64,000 nt of DNA. Source: Deltaproteobacteria bacterium. Its GTDB lineage: Bacteria; Myxococcota; Kuafuiibacteriia; Kuafuiibacteriales; Kuafuiibacteriaceae. The notes under the pieces are model-generated. The model was not told the origin of the DNA. It worked only from the letters and a program-made list of their open reading frames with translations, and did not search any database. The stretch is taken from the NCBI GenBank assembly GCA_040218735.1, contig JAVJQW010000023.1:1-64000 (forward strand), given 5' to 3'. The position numbers were made by a program, and so were the translations under genes. This document shows positions 9,979-18,234 of the stretch, piece by piece. Every line of letters starts with the position of its first letter. The stretch's first letter is position 1.

Positions 9979-11931
9979 GTGATGGGCGTCGCGTTGCTCG
10001 TGTTGCTCGCCGCCGCGGCGGCGGACGACGCGGACCGTCCGTACGTCGAGATCCTGGAGAGCACCGGCGCCGTGGACGGTCCCGCCGAGAGCGGGGTGGG
10101 CGTCCCGACTTGGGAGCGCGTGCGGATGGAGCTGCGCGTCGAGAACCGGTTGCAGGTGGACGTGACCGGGCTCGAGCTCGACATCGCGCTCGTCTCCGCG
10201 GCGAAGGACGACGCGCCGAACGTCATCCCCGGGTGGTCGTTTCGCGAGGAGCTCACGGACACGATCGTCGACGCACTCGACACCGCGTACGTGCGCATCA
10301 CGCACCAGCTCCCGGCGCGGCGCACTTCGCCCCCTGCGGACGAGATCGCCTACCGCGTTCGTATCATCAGCTACCGCATGTCGGAGCCGGATCTCGGGAC
10401 GGCGCTCGGCATGTTGGGGAGCAGTCGTGCGGCGGATCAGCGCGCGGCGCTGCGGAGCTACGGCGCCGACTTCGAACCGACGGCGCGCGCGCGTCACGCG
10501 GAGGAGCTCGCGATCGCGATCGGTACGATGCCCGCGAAGCCCGCCGCGTCGGACGCGCTCCGCTTGTTGTTCGCCGTGCGGGCGTTGGGGGCGCTCGGCG
10601 CGCGGCGGCACGTCGCGGATCTGCTCTACCTCCCCGAGCGACTCGAACGCGAGGTGTGGGGGCGCGCGGTGCTCGACCTCGCGGAGCGGATGATCGACGC
10701 GTCCGAGAAGGACGAGCCGCGGCTCTCGGTGCTGCCGTCCTGGGCGCGCAACAAGTCGGACTTCCTCACCGTGCGCGCGGAGGACGCGCTGGAGGATGCG
10801 GTGCGGGAAGCGATCCTGCGCATGGGCGACGCCGCGGTGCCCGCGCTGTTGCTCTCCTCGCTCCAGGCGCCCGAGCCGGCCGTGCGTTCGCGCGCGAAGC
10901 GCCTGCTGCACGCGTTGGGGCGCTCGACGGTGCGGTCGCAACTCACCTTGCGAGACCGCGACTCTCGGCTCGCGGTGATCCAGGTGCTCGGTCGTTCGTC
11001 GAGCTCCGAGCCCGTGCCGGCGTTGGTGGAGCTCGCGCGCGGGCGGGACAAGGCGCTCGCGAAGGCGGCGCGCGCAGCGTTGTTGTCGATCGGGCCGGCG
11101 GCGGTGGAGGGGATCGTCGAAGCGCTCGGCGCGCCGGGCGACGAGGACATCGTCGACACCCTCGTACAGATCGGGCGTCAGCACCCGAAGGCGATCCTGG
11201 AGATCGTGCGTCGGTACGGCGTGACGATCGAGCGGAGCGAGGTCGAGCACGTCGTGGAGCGCCTGCATGCCCACTTGCGCGACGCGCGGCGCGCGCGCCT
11301 GCGCGCGGAGATCGAGCTCGCGCTCGACGCGGGCCGAGAGGGGCGCTACGCGGAGTGCTTCGCGCAGCTGGATCGGGTGTTCGCGCAGGACGAGGCGCTC
11401 TACATGAGCTACGCCGAACCGATCGCCGAGCAGTACCTCGCACGCGCCGAACGTCTGCTCGCGCGCGGCGACTACGACGCCGCCGTCGATACGTTGCGCG
11501 CCGGGCTCACGGTTCAGGACACCCCCAAGGCGCGCGCGCTGCTGTCCCGGGCGCGCATCGCGCTCGTGCGAGGCTACGTGGAGCTCGGTGAGCTGTCGCG
11601 CGCCCAGGAGGTCCTGGCCCAGGTCGAGGAGCGCACCGACGAGCGACGCACGGCGGAGGGGCTCCTCCTCGCGGCGAGCGCCAAAGAGGCCGTGCGACGC
11701 GGCGAGCTGTCACGCGCGCGGCAGCTCTTGGATCGCGCGCGCGCGATCGATCCGGACGACCCGGCGCTGACGCTGGTGGACCGGAGGCTGATGCTCTCCG
11801 AGAACATCTCGGTGGTGATCGTGCTGGGGCTGCTGATCCCGGCCGCGATCCTCGCGCTGGTGCTGTGGGTGAGGAAGCGCCTGGAGTCGGCGAGGATGCG
11901 AAGGTTGGAGAGGCAGATTGATGGGGGTTAG
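9979..11931 (+). CDS. Secreted or membrane-anchored HEAT/TPR-repeat protein
   Basis: Signal peptide; HEAT-like MGDAAVPALL, IGPAAVEGIVEAL; TPR-like ARGDYDAAVDTLRAGL; C-terminal TM helix. Confidence 0.75.
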   Translation: MMGVALLVLLAAAAADDADRPYVEILESTGAVDGPAESGVGVPTWERVRMELRVENRLQVDVTGLELDIALVSAAKDDAPNVIPGWSFREELTDTIVDALDTAYVRITHQLPARRTSPPADEIAYRVRIISYRMSEPDLGTALGMLGSSRAADQRAALRSYGADFEPTARARHAEELAIAIGTMPAKPAASDALRLLFAVRALGALGARRHVADLLYLPERLEREVWGRAVLDLAERMIDASEKDEPRLSVLPSWARNKSDFLTVRAEDALEDAVREAILRMGDAAVPALLLSSLQAPEPAVRSRAKRLLHALGRSTVRSQLTLRDRDSRLAVIQVLGRSSSSEPVPALVELARGRDKALAKAARAALLSIGPAAVEGIVEALGAPGDEDIVDTLVQIGRQHPKAILEIVRRYGVTIERSEVEHVVERLHAHLRDARRARLRAEIELALDAGREGRYAECFAQLDRVFAQDEALYMSYAEPIAEQYLARAERLLARGDYDAAVDTLRAGLTVQDTPKARALLSRARIALVRGYVELGELSRAQEVLAQVEERTDERRTAEGLLLAASAKEAVRRGELSRARQLLDRARAIDPDDPALTLVDRRLMLSENISVVIVLGLLIPAAILALVLWVRKRLESARMRRLERQIDGG

Positions 11932-12171
11932 CAGGACCCTGACGAAGTCAGCCGTCCTGCCCCTTGAACTTGAACTTGCCCGTTCCCTTGCCCTCTTGCA
12001 GGGAAAGGGTTCCTGGCGGTTCGGTCACGCGCCCTGGGCTACGACCATCCCTTCCCTTCGCGATTGTTGCCCAGGTTCGCGCCGGACCGCCATGAATTCG
12101 GCTGTGGAGGAGGGCAAGGAGAAGGGCAAGTTCAAGTTCAAGGGGCCCGGCTGACTTCGTCAGCGGGCTGC
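11929..12171. mobile_element. MITE-like element with ~62-bp imperfect terminal inverted repeats
   Basis: 11931-11995 is the reverse complement of 12110-12171, with perfect blocks gggcaagttcaagttcaaggggc (23 bp) and cggctgacttcgtcag (16 bp); no credible coding capacity; second copy of the end at 136-272. Confidence 0.65.
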
Positions 12172-12609
12172 ATCACAATCACTCACCCGCTTAGGATCCA
12201 GCCCCAAACACCGCCGCGCCTCCACCCGCCCGCTCATGTTCCCGTCCGGCCCCGGAAACACGAAGTCGACGTCGACCGAACCGGCCTCCTGGCGGCCGAG
12301 GCTCACCCACCCCTGGCCCGCGAGGTCGCGCTGCGCGAGCTCACACGTCATGTCGTACTGCTCGAGGACCATGGCCGCGGAGCCGGTCCAGCGGCGGTAG
12401 ATCAGCAGCGAGGACTGGCCGGCTTCGAGGCCGGTGCCGTCGCAGAGGTCGGGGGCGTCGGAGAGGACGACGACGACGTTGTCGCCGCTCCCGCCCTCCT
12501 CCCAGGTGGAGAAGACGACGTCGTTCACCGAGAAGGCGATGCCGTCCACCTCCATGGCGCCGCCGCAGGCGCAGAGGAGGAGACCGGGCAAGCAAATCGT
12601 CCACCGCAT
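12160..12609 (-). CDS. Hypothetical lipoprotein
   Basis: MRWTICLPGLLLCAC lipobox; stop codon lies inside the repeat end. Confidence 0.6.
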   Translation of the reverse strand: MRWTICLPGLLLCACGGAMEVDGIAFSVNDVVFSTWEEGGSGDNVVVVLSDAPDLCDGTGLEAGQSSLLIYRRWTGSAAMVLEQYDMTCELAQRDLAGQGWVSLGRQEAGSVDVDFVFPGPDGNMSGRVEARRCLGLDPKRVSDCDAAR

Positions 12610-12688
12610 CACTGGATCGATTCGGCGCACCGGGGTGGGGGTGGACCCAGTTGCCTCGAAACGAAACGCGCGAGGTAAGCTCTGCGCC

Positions 12689-13708
12689 TTGCCGGGCGCG
12701 TGGGTTCAGATCGCGGTGCTGTGCGCATCGGTCGCGGCGCCCGAGGGCACGACGACGTCGAGTGTGAGCACCGGCCGCCGGGCGCTGGCGGTCGGCGCGA
12801 CGGTGGTGCCGGGGCTGTTGCTCCACGGCTCGGGGCACTTCGTGCTCGGGGACGCGGACACCGCGGGATCACTCCTCGCGCTGGAGGGGATCGGATTCGG
12901 GACGATCGTCGCCGGGCTCGCGGCAATCGCGGTGACGGGGGCGTCGCGCAAGACGGTCGCGCCGCTGACGGGCATCACGATCGCGGGCGCCGGTCTGTTC
13001 ACGATGACGTTCGCCGCCGATCTGTACGGCGTGCTCGGGATACCGGTGGCGCGGGCACAGCCGCTCGCGCCGATCGAGACGAGCGTCGGGGTCGCGTACG
13101 TCAGCGATCGGCTCTTCGATTACGGCGCGTTCGCGACGTGGTCCCTCGACCTGCGCTTCGACGATCTTCGGCTGTCGCCGTCGGCGTGGGTCGCGCTCGA
13201 CGACGACAACGCGCGCCTGCGCGGGGAGCTCGCGTACCGACTCGCGGGGGATTCGCGGGCGGCGTTCTTCGATCTGGTGACGGCGCTGACCCACCACCAC
13301 TACGGCTCGGACGGGTTCGCGATCACGACGGGGGAGATCGCCGTCGCGTCGCGGATCGGCACCGACTGGCTGCTCCCCGCGTTGAAGGGATCGTTCGTCG
13401 AGGGTTCGTTCGGCGTCGGGCTCGAAGGCCACCGCTTCTTCGATCGTGCGACGCACCCGGTGTCGCTGCTGGTCGGTGGGTTCGGGTTCGGCTTCTACCT
13501 CCCGCGCGGCGAGGTCGCCGTCTACTACGACCACCGCCACGACGGCTTCGCGGCGGGGCTCAAGATGGGCGGCCTGGGCAGCGGCGTCGCGGGTCACCTC
13601 GGCGCGCGCGGCGAGTGGTTCTTCGGTGACTTGGGTTTGCGCGTTCAGGCGGAGACGGGATCGGCGCACGTAATGTCGGCGGCGCTCGTGTATCGAGGTG
13701 CACCGTGA
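12689..13708 (+). CDS. Hypothetical membrane protein with a probable C-terminal beta-barrel
   Basis: TTG start after GAGGT; hydrophobic helices (PGLLLHGSGH..) then alternating beta-strand pattern, YYDHRHD; 4-bp overlap with next gene. Confidence 0.65.
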   Translation: MPGAWVQIAVLCASVAAPEGTTTSSVSTGRRALAVGATVVPGLLLHGSGHFVLGDADTAGSLLALEGIGFGTIVAGLAAIAVTGASRKTVAPLTGITIAGAGLFTMTFAADLYGVLGIPVARAQPLAPIETSVGVAYVSDRLFDYGAFATWSLDLRFDDLRLSPSAWVALDDDNARLRGELAYRLAGDSRAAFFDLVTALTHHHYGSDGFAITTGEIAVASRIGTDWLLPALKGSFVEGSFGVGLEGHRFFDRATHPVSLLVGGFGFGFYLPRGEVAVYYDHRHDGFAAGLKMGGLGSGVAGHLGARGEWFFGDLGLRVQAETGSAHVMSAALVYRGAP

Positions 13709-14754
13709 AGCGGTTTGCGATCTTGTTGTTGGCGACCGGGTGTCTGGAGGTCGCGGACGGACGCGCGCTGATCGATCTGGAGGTGGGGCGCGGCGGGAAC
13801 GCGGCGACCTCGGTCGAGGTCGCGGAGGGCCTCGCGACGGTGCGCGGCGTCGCCGGCTCGCGGATCGTGCTGTGGGCGAACGCGCCGACGTTGGAGATCA
13901 CGCTGCAGACGACGGCGATGTCTTCGCTGGAGCTGACGATCGAGAACGTGCTCCCCGACGCGCGCCTCGAAGGTGAGGGGATCGAAGCGCTCGAGCGCGA
14001 GGTGCCCACCGAGGGGCGCTGGCGGGTCGCGGTGAACGGGCGCTCCGTCGTGCGGCTCGTGACGGACGATCGCTTCGACCGCGAGCCGTGGCGCTTCGTC
14101 GTGTTCGCCGACGTGCAGGAGGCGATCGACACCGTGCAGGACATCTTCACGTTGATCGATCGCGAGGCGCCGCGCTTCGCGCTCATCGCGGGGGACCTCA
14201 CCGAGCAGGGGACGGACGAAGAGTTCGAGCGCTTTCAGCTGGAGATGAAGCAGCTCGGCGTGCCGGCCTACGCGACGCTCGGCAACCACGAGCTCGGCAC
14301 CGAGGAAGGGCTGTACCAGGCGTACTTCGGGCGCGGGAGTTCGAGCTTCGTCTTCCGCGGCGTGCGGTTCACGTTCATCGACTCCGCGAGCGCAACGCTG
14401 GCGCCGCTCGTCGACACGATGCTCGACGACTGGCTCGACCAACCCGAGCCGCTGCACGTGGTGACGATGCACATCGCGCCGCACGATCCCACGGGCACGC
14501 GCAACGGCGCGTTTGCTTCTCGCGCGGAAGCTTCGCGGCTGTTGCGGCGCCTCTCCGACGGCGGCGTGGACGTGACCTTCTACGGCCACGTGCACTCGTA
14601 CTACGCGTTCGACAACGCCGGCATCCCGGCGTTCATCACGGGCGGGGGCGGCGCGATCCCGGAGCGCCTCGACGGCATCGGGCGGCACTTCCTGACGGTC
14701 GACGTCGACCCGCGGTCCAGCGCGCTGCGGACGGGCTTGGTACGGGTAGACTGA
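13705..14754 (+). CDS. Lipoprotein metallophosphoesterase (calcineurin-like)
   Basis: Lipobox LATGC; FADVQ, AGDLTE, LGNHE, MHIAP, YGHVHS. Confidence 0.88.
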   Translation: MKRFAILLLATGCLEVADGRALIDLEVGRGGNAATSVEVAEGLATVRGVAGSRIVLWANAPTLEITLQTTAMSSLELTIENVLPDARLEGEGIEALEREVPTEGRWRVAVNGRSVVRLVTDDRFDREPWRFVVFADVQEAIDTVQDIFTLIDREAPRFALIAGDLTEQGTDEEFERFQLEMKQLGVPAYATLGNHELGTEEGLYQAYFGRGSSSFVFRGVRFTFIDSASATLAPLVDTMLDDWLDQPEPLHVVTMHIAPHDPTGTRNGAFASRAEASRLLRRLSDGGVDVTFYGHVHSYYAFDNAGIPAFITGGGGAIPERLDGIGRHFLTVDVDPRSSALRTGLVRVD

Positions 14755-14758
14755 GCGC

Positions 14759-16099
14759 GTGCGACTGCATCGCGACGCGGCCTTCCCCACCGGGCGCCTG
14801 ATCGGCTGGAACCTCGGGCGCGGGACGCTCTACGGACCACCCGGCCATCGTTGGCGAACGCCGCTGCGCGAACGAGCCATCGATACACTGAAGAGAATCC
14901 GCGCGCCGCACGTCAGACCGTGGATGCGGTTCTCGGGGCTGCAGATCGACGGGTCCTTCGGGAACGACGGGTACCACTTCGAGCGCGTCGTCGAGAACAT
15001 GGAGCCCGCGGAGTACCTCGGTTTGATGGAGGAGGCGGACGCGGAGCCGATCGTCACGCTGAACTTCGCGACCGGAACCGCGGAAGAGGCCGCGCGCTAC
15101 GCGGCCCACGTCGCGACGCGGGGGGTGACGCAGTTCGAGATCGGCAACGAGTGTTACGGGATCTGGAACACGGGCTACAACGCGGAGGCGCCCGGGTACG
15201 CGGCGACGGATCCGGCGTGGCGCGGGCGGCCTTCTTCTGACGTCGCGGACTTCGGCGCGCGGGCGCTCGCGTACGTGGAGGCGGTGGTCGCCGTCGTGCC
15301 GGCGGCGAAGTTCTTCGTGCCGCTGTCGCAGGCTTCGATGGACGCGTGGGGCGGCGTCGAGAGCTCGGTGCCGGCGTTGGCGCCGCTGCTCGCGCACCCC
15401 GCGGTGAACGGGGTGGTCGTGCACCAGTATCACGTCGACGAGGCGATGATGTTCGGGCTCGCCGACAAGAACGACGCGACGTTCATCCTCGCGGGGAGTG
15501 AACGTTATCGGCGTGAGTACGACCAGCTGCGCGCCGCGCTGCCGGCGGGGATGGGTATCGCGATCACCGAGTACCAGGTCGCGGGGGCGTTCGCGCGCGG
15601 GCAGTACCGGTGGGGGGACGACGCGCTGTCGGGGTTGGGGATCGCCGACATGTTGATCGCGTACGCGCAGCTCGGGATCGAAGACGTGTGTCAGCACCTG
15701 TCGCTGGGTTTCGAGGAAGGGGCCGACGCGGAGCGCGACATCCTCGTGGAGCCTTGGTACCTCCCGCTGTTCGCGGACGGCACGCCGCGGCCTTCGGTGT
15801 TGGTGACGTCGTTGATCGCGGATCACCTACGCGCGAAGACCGTGCCGGTGGAGCTCGACGGGCCATCGATGTCGCTGACGATCGGCGATGAGACACTGAC
15901 GGTGCCGCGGCTCCACGCGGTGGCTTTTGCTTCGGAGGAAGACACCACGATCGTCGTGCTGAACCGCGGGGACGAAGCAAGGATCGCCGCGCCCGCCCGT
16001 GCGGTCCGTAGCTACGGCGCGGACGCGATGGTCGAAGGGGGCGCGCAGGATCGGATCACGCTCGGCGCGCGCACCGTCACCGGCATCACGCTGGCGTGA
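14759..16099 (+). CDS. Clan GH-A glycoside hydrolase, GH51/GH79-like
   Basis: PIVTLNF, FEIGNECYG (acid/base), IAITEY (nucleophile), C-terminal beta-sandwich with IVVLNR. Confidence 0.7.
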   Translation: MRLHRDAAFPTGRLIGWNLGRGTLYGPPGHRWRTPLRERAIDTLKRIRAPHVRPWMRFSGLQIDGSFGNDGYHFERVVENMEPAEYLGLMEEADAEPIVTLNFATGTAEEAARYAAHVATRGVTQFEIGNECYGIWNTGYNAEAPGYAATDPAWRGRPSSDVADFGARALAYVEAVVAVVPAAKFFVPLSQASMDAWGGVESSVPALAPLLAHPAVNGVVVHQYHVDEAMMFGLADKNDATFILAGSERYRREYDQLRAALPAGMGIAITEYQVAGAFARGQYRWGDDALSGLGIADMLIAYAQLGIEDVCQHLSLGFEEGADAERDILVEPWYLPLFADGTPRPSVLVTSLIADHLRAKTVPVELDGPSMSLTIGDETLTVPRLHAVAFASEEDTTIVVLNRGDEARIAAPARAVRSYGADAMVEGGAQDRITLGARTVTGITLA

Positions 16100-16116
16100 C
16101 GAAGTGCGCCAGACGA

Positions 16117-16545
16117 TCAGTTGTTGACTGCGCCCGCGCCGATCCACGCTTCCACCAGCGCCAGCTGGTCTGCGGACAGCGAACCGCCGCCCATCGGCAT
16201 CGCGCTGCCGCAGAGGTTGGTGCCGGAGAGCTTGCGGTACAGGACGCTGCCTTGGGCGTCGCCGCTGATGACGCGTGTCTCGCCGTCGCAGGGCCCGCCG
16301 GTCGTCGCGGGGATGTCGACGAGCGCGGTGAACGCGGCGTTGGCGTCGGGCATCGCGAGCCCGCCCGCGCCGGTGGTGTGGCAGCTGCAGTTCGGAGTGA
16401 TCACCTCGGCGTAGACGTTGGCGAAGGTGGGATCGATCTGCTGCTGTTGCTGGTTGGCGTTCGGGTCGGGGTCGGGCTCGGTGCCTCCTCCGCACGCGGC
16501 GAGCGAGAGGGTGAAGAGGGCAGCGAGGAAGCGTTTCGTGTTCAT
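16117..16545 (-). CDS. Lipoprotein with a c-type cytochrome-like domain (CxCH)
   Basis: Lipobox LAAC; PTFANVY..NCSCH..SVLYRKL..MPMGG..LVEAWIGAGA resembles planctomycete-type cytochrome c domains. Confidence 0.65.
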   Translation of the reverse strand: MNTKRFLAALFTLSLAACGGGTEPDPDPNANQQQQQIDPTFANVYAEVITPNCSCHTTGAGGLAMPDANAAFTALVDIPATTGGPCDGETRVISGDAQGSVLYRKLSGTNLCGSAMPMGGGSLSADQLALVEAWIGAGAVNN

Positions 16546-16700
16546 GTAACCGTATGTGAAATCCGCGGCCCGATTGGCTCTAGGGGTTCGCGATGGGAGC
16601 CATAGCCGATGGCTATGGGGGGCGCGGGGACTTTCGTCCCAGTCGCGTGGGGCCCTGTCCCACAACCTGGAGTGCGCGCACGCCGATAACGGAGGTCGTC

Positions 16701-17024
16701 ATGGCGAACGCGATCTCACAGCGACCTCCTCGAAGCTGGGAGCCCGGCGTCGGCAACGCCAACTGGCGTTGGGCGGCGGCGGCGGCCTCCGCGTTCATGG
16801 CGGGCACGGTAGCGCCCGACGTCGCCGTGGACTTCGTGAACTACGCCCAGAACGTCCTCGCGCCCAATCCGCCGTTGGCGCAAGCTCACTTGCCGGCCGA
16901 CTTCACACCGAAGGCGATCGCGGCGGGCGCGTTTTCGTTCACGACGGCGTGGTTCACGTACTTCGCGGTCCAGGCCGGGAAACAGCCGCGCCACGGCGCG
17001 CCGGTGGAAGCGGCGGAGAGCTAA
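16701..17024 (+). CDS. Small hypothetical protein with two hydrophobic segments
   Basis: Strong SD GGAGGT just upstream of ATG 16701; GC3-biased codons; 107 aa. Confidence 0.55.
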   Translation: MANAISQRPPRSWEPGVGNANWRWAAAAASAFMAGTVAPDVAVDFVNYAQNVLAPNPPLAQAHLPADFTPKAIAAGAFSFTTAWFTYFAVQAGKQPRHGAPVEAAES

Positions 17025-17350
17025 CGCCACCGCAGCGCGTGGAAGGCGGCCATCGCGACGAACAGGAGCGAGAAGACGCCAAACCCCGTCATGCCGGCGA
17101 CGAACACGACGCCGGACGCAAACACAAACGTCGGCACCATGATCCACGCGCCGATCTTCGTGGCGCGGTTCGGGACGAGCAGCACGGCGCCGGCGAGCTG
17201 CGCGACGCCGAGCGCGATGGTCACCGCGTCGGGGACCCCGGCGGTGCGGAACAGCTCCATCTCGAAGTCCATCGTCAGCAGCTTCACGACGCTGGTGTTG
17301 AACGCGAGGAGCGTGAGGAGCACGCGGTTGATCCACAGGAGCGCCTTCAT
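17021..17350 (-). CDS. DoxX-like small membrane protein
   Basis: Four hydrophobic helices; GVAQLAGAVLLVP..TKIGA; ATGA overlap with the upstream gene. Confidence 0.7.
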   Translation of the reverse strand: MKALLWINRVLLTLLAFNTSVVKLLTMDFEMELFRTAGVPDAVTIALGVAQLAGAVLLVPNRATKIGAWIMVPTFVFASGVVFVAGMTGFGVFSLLFVAMAAFHALRWR

Positions 17351-17697
17351 TCGAACGTGACCTCCAGGCGGCGGATCCGGCCGCCGTCGACGACGCAGCG
17401 GTCGTGGCCCTTCACGGGCGCGTCGAACGCGGGGGAGCGGCACGTCCAGCGGCTGTGCACGGTGTCGCCGTCGACGTCGACGCGGTTCACTTCGAGCGTC
17501 ATGTCCGGCGGCGCGTTCTTCCAACTCTCGCGGAAGCAGTGCTCGATCGCGGCGCGCCCTTCGTGGGTGCGCGTCTCGCCGGTGAAGGGCTCGACGTAGA
17601 CGGCGTCGTCGGCGAACAGCGCGAAGAGCTCTTCGGCGGCCTCGGGCCCGCGCTGCATGGCTTCGAAGTAGCGGTCCACGGTGTCGATCGCGGGCAT
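17347..17697 (-). CDS. SnoaL/NTF2-like protein
   Basis: VDRYFEAM..LFADDAVYVEP..HEGRAAI..GGRIRRL. Confidence 0.85.
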   Translation of the reverse strand: MPAIDTVDRYFEAMQRGPEAAEELFALFADDAVYVEPFTGETRTHEGRAAIEHCFRESWKNAPPDMTLEVNRVDVDGDTVHSRWTCRSPAFDAPVKGHDRCVVDGGRIRRLEVTFE

Positions 17698-17736
17698 GAT
17701 GGTCCGCGACGGTAGTGGACCGCGGTGGGCCCCTCA

Positions 17737-17754
17737 ATCCATCCTTGGATGGAT
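17737..17754. promoter_or_regulatory. Candidate operator for the LuxR-type regulator (8-2-8 palindrome)
   Basis: ATCCATCC-TT-GGATGGAT, perfect inverted repeat overlapping the regulator start codon in a divergent intergenic region. Confidence 0.5.
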
Positions 17755-18145
17755 GCGGCTCGACGACGAAGCGCTCGCCCGCCTCCGCGAAGCGCTCGCG
17801 GCGGTGAAGCAGACGCAGGGCCGCCGCGTCCCGCGCGAGGTGTTGGCTTCGTTATCGGAGGCGCTGCCGTCGGGCGTGGGCATGACGATCGACTTCGACG
17901 CCGCGGAGGCGCTCGGTCAGCCGGTAGTGATCCTCCGCCCCGCCGAAGCGATGGCCCCGTGCTTCGCCACGCTCACCCCCCGCGAGCGCGAGGTCGCGGG
18001 GCTCGTCGCGACGGGGCTGAGGAACCGCGACATCGCGGTGGCCCTGGCGATCTCGGTCGCGACGGTGAAGGATCACGTCCACCGGATCCTGACGAAGTCG
18101 GGCCTGGACAGCCGCGCCGCGATCGCGGCGGTGTGGACGGGGTGA
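17753..18145 (+). CDS. LuxR/GerE-family HTH transcriptional regulator
   Basis: LTPREREVAGLVATGLRNRDIAVALAISVATVKDHVHRILTKSG. Confidence 0.9.
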   Translation: MRLDDEALARLREALAAVKQTQGRRVPREVLASLSEALPSGVGMTIDFDAAEALGQPVVILRPAEAMAPCFATLTPREREVAGLVATGLRNRDIAVALAISVATVKDHVHRILTKSGLDSRAAIAAVWTG

Positions 18146-18234
18146 TCGGCTTCGCGGTCGTCGGATGAGTCATTCGAAGGCGGGGACAATCCAGCCGTGC
18201 CCGCAGTCCGAAGCACATGCCGCTCTACCGAGGC

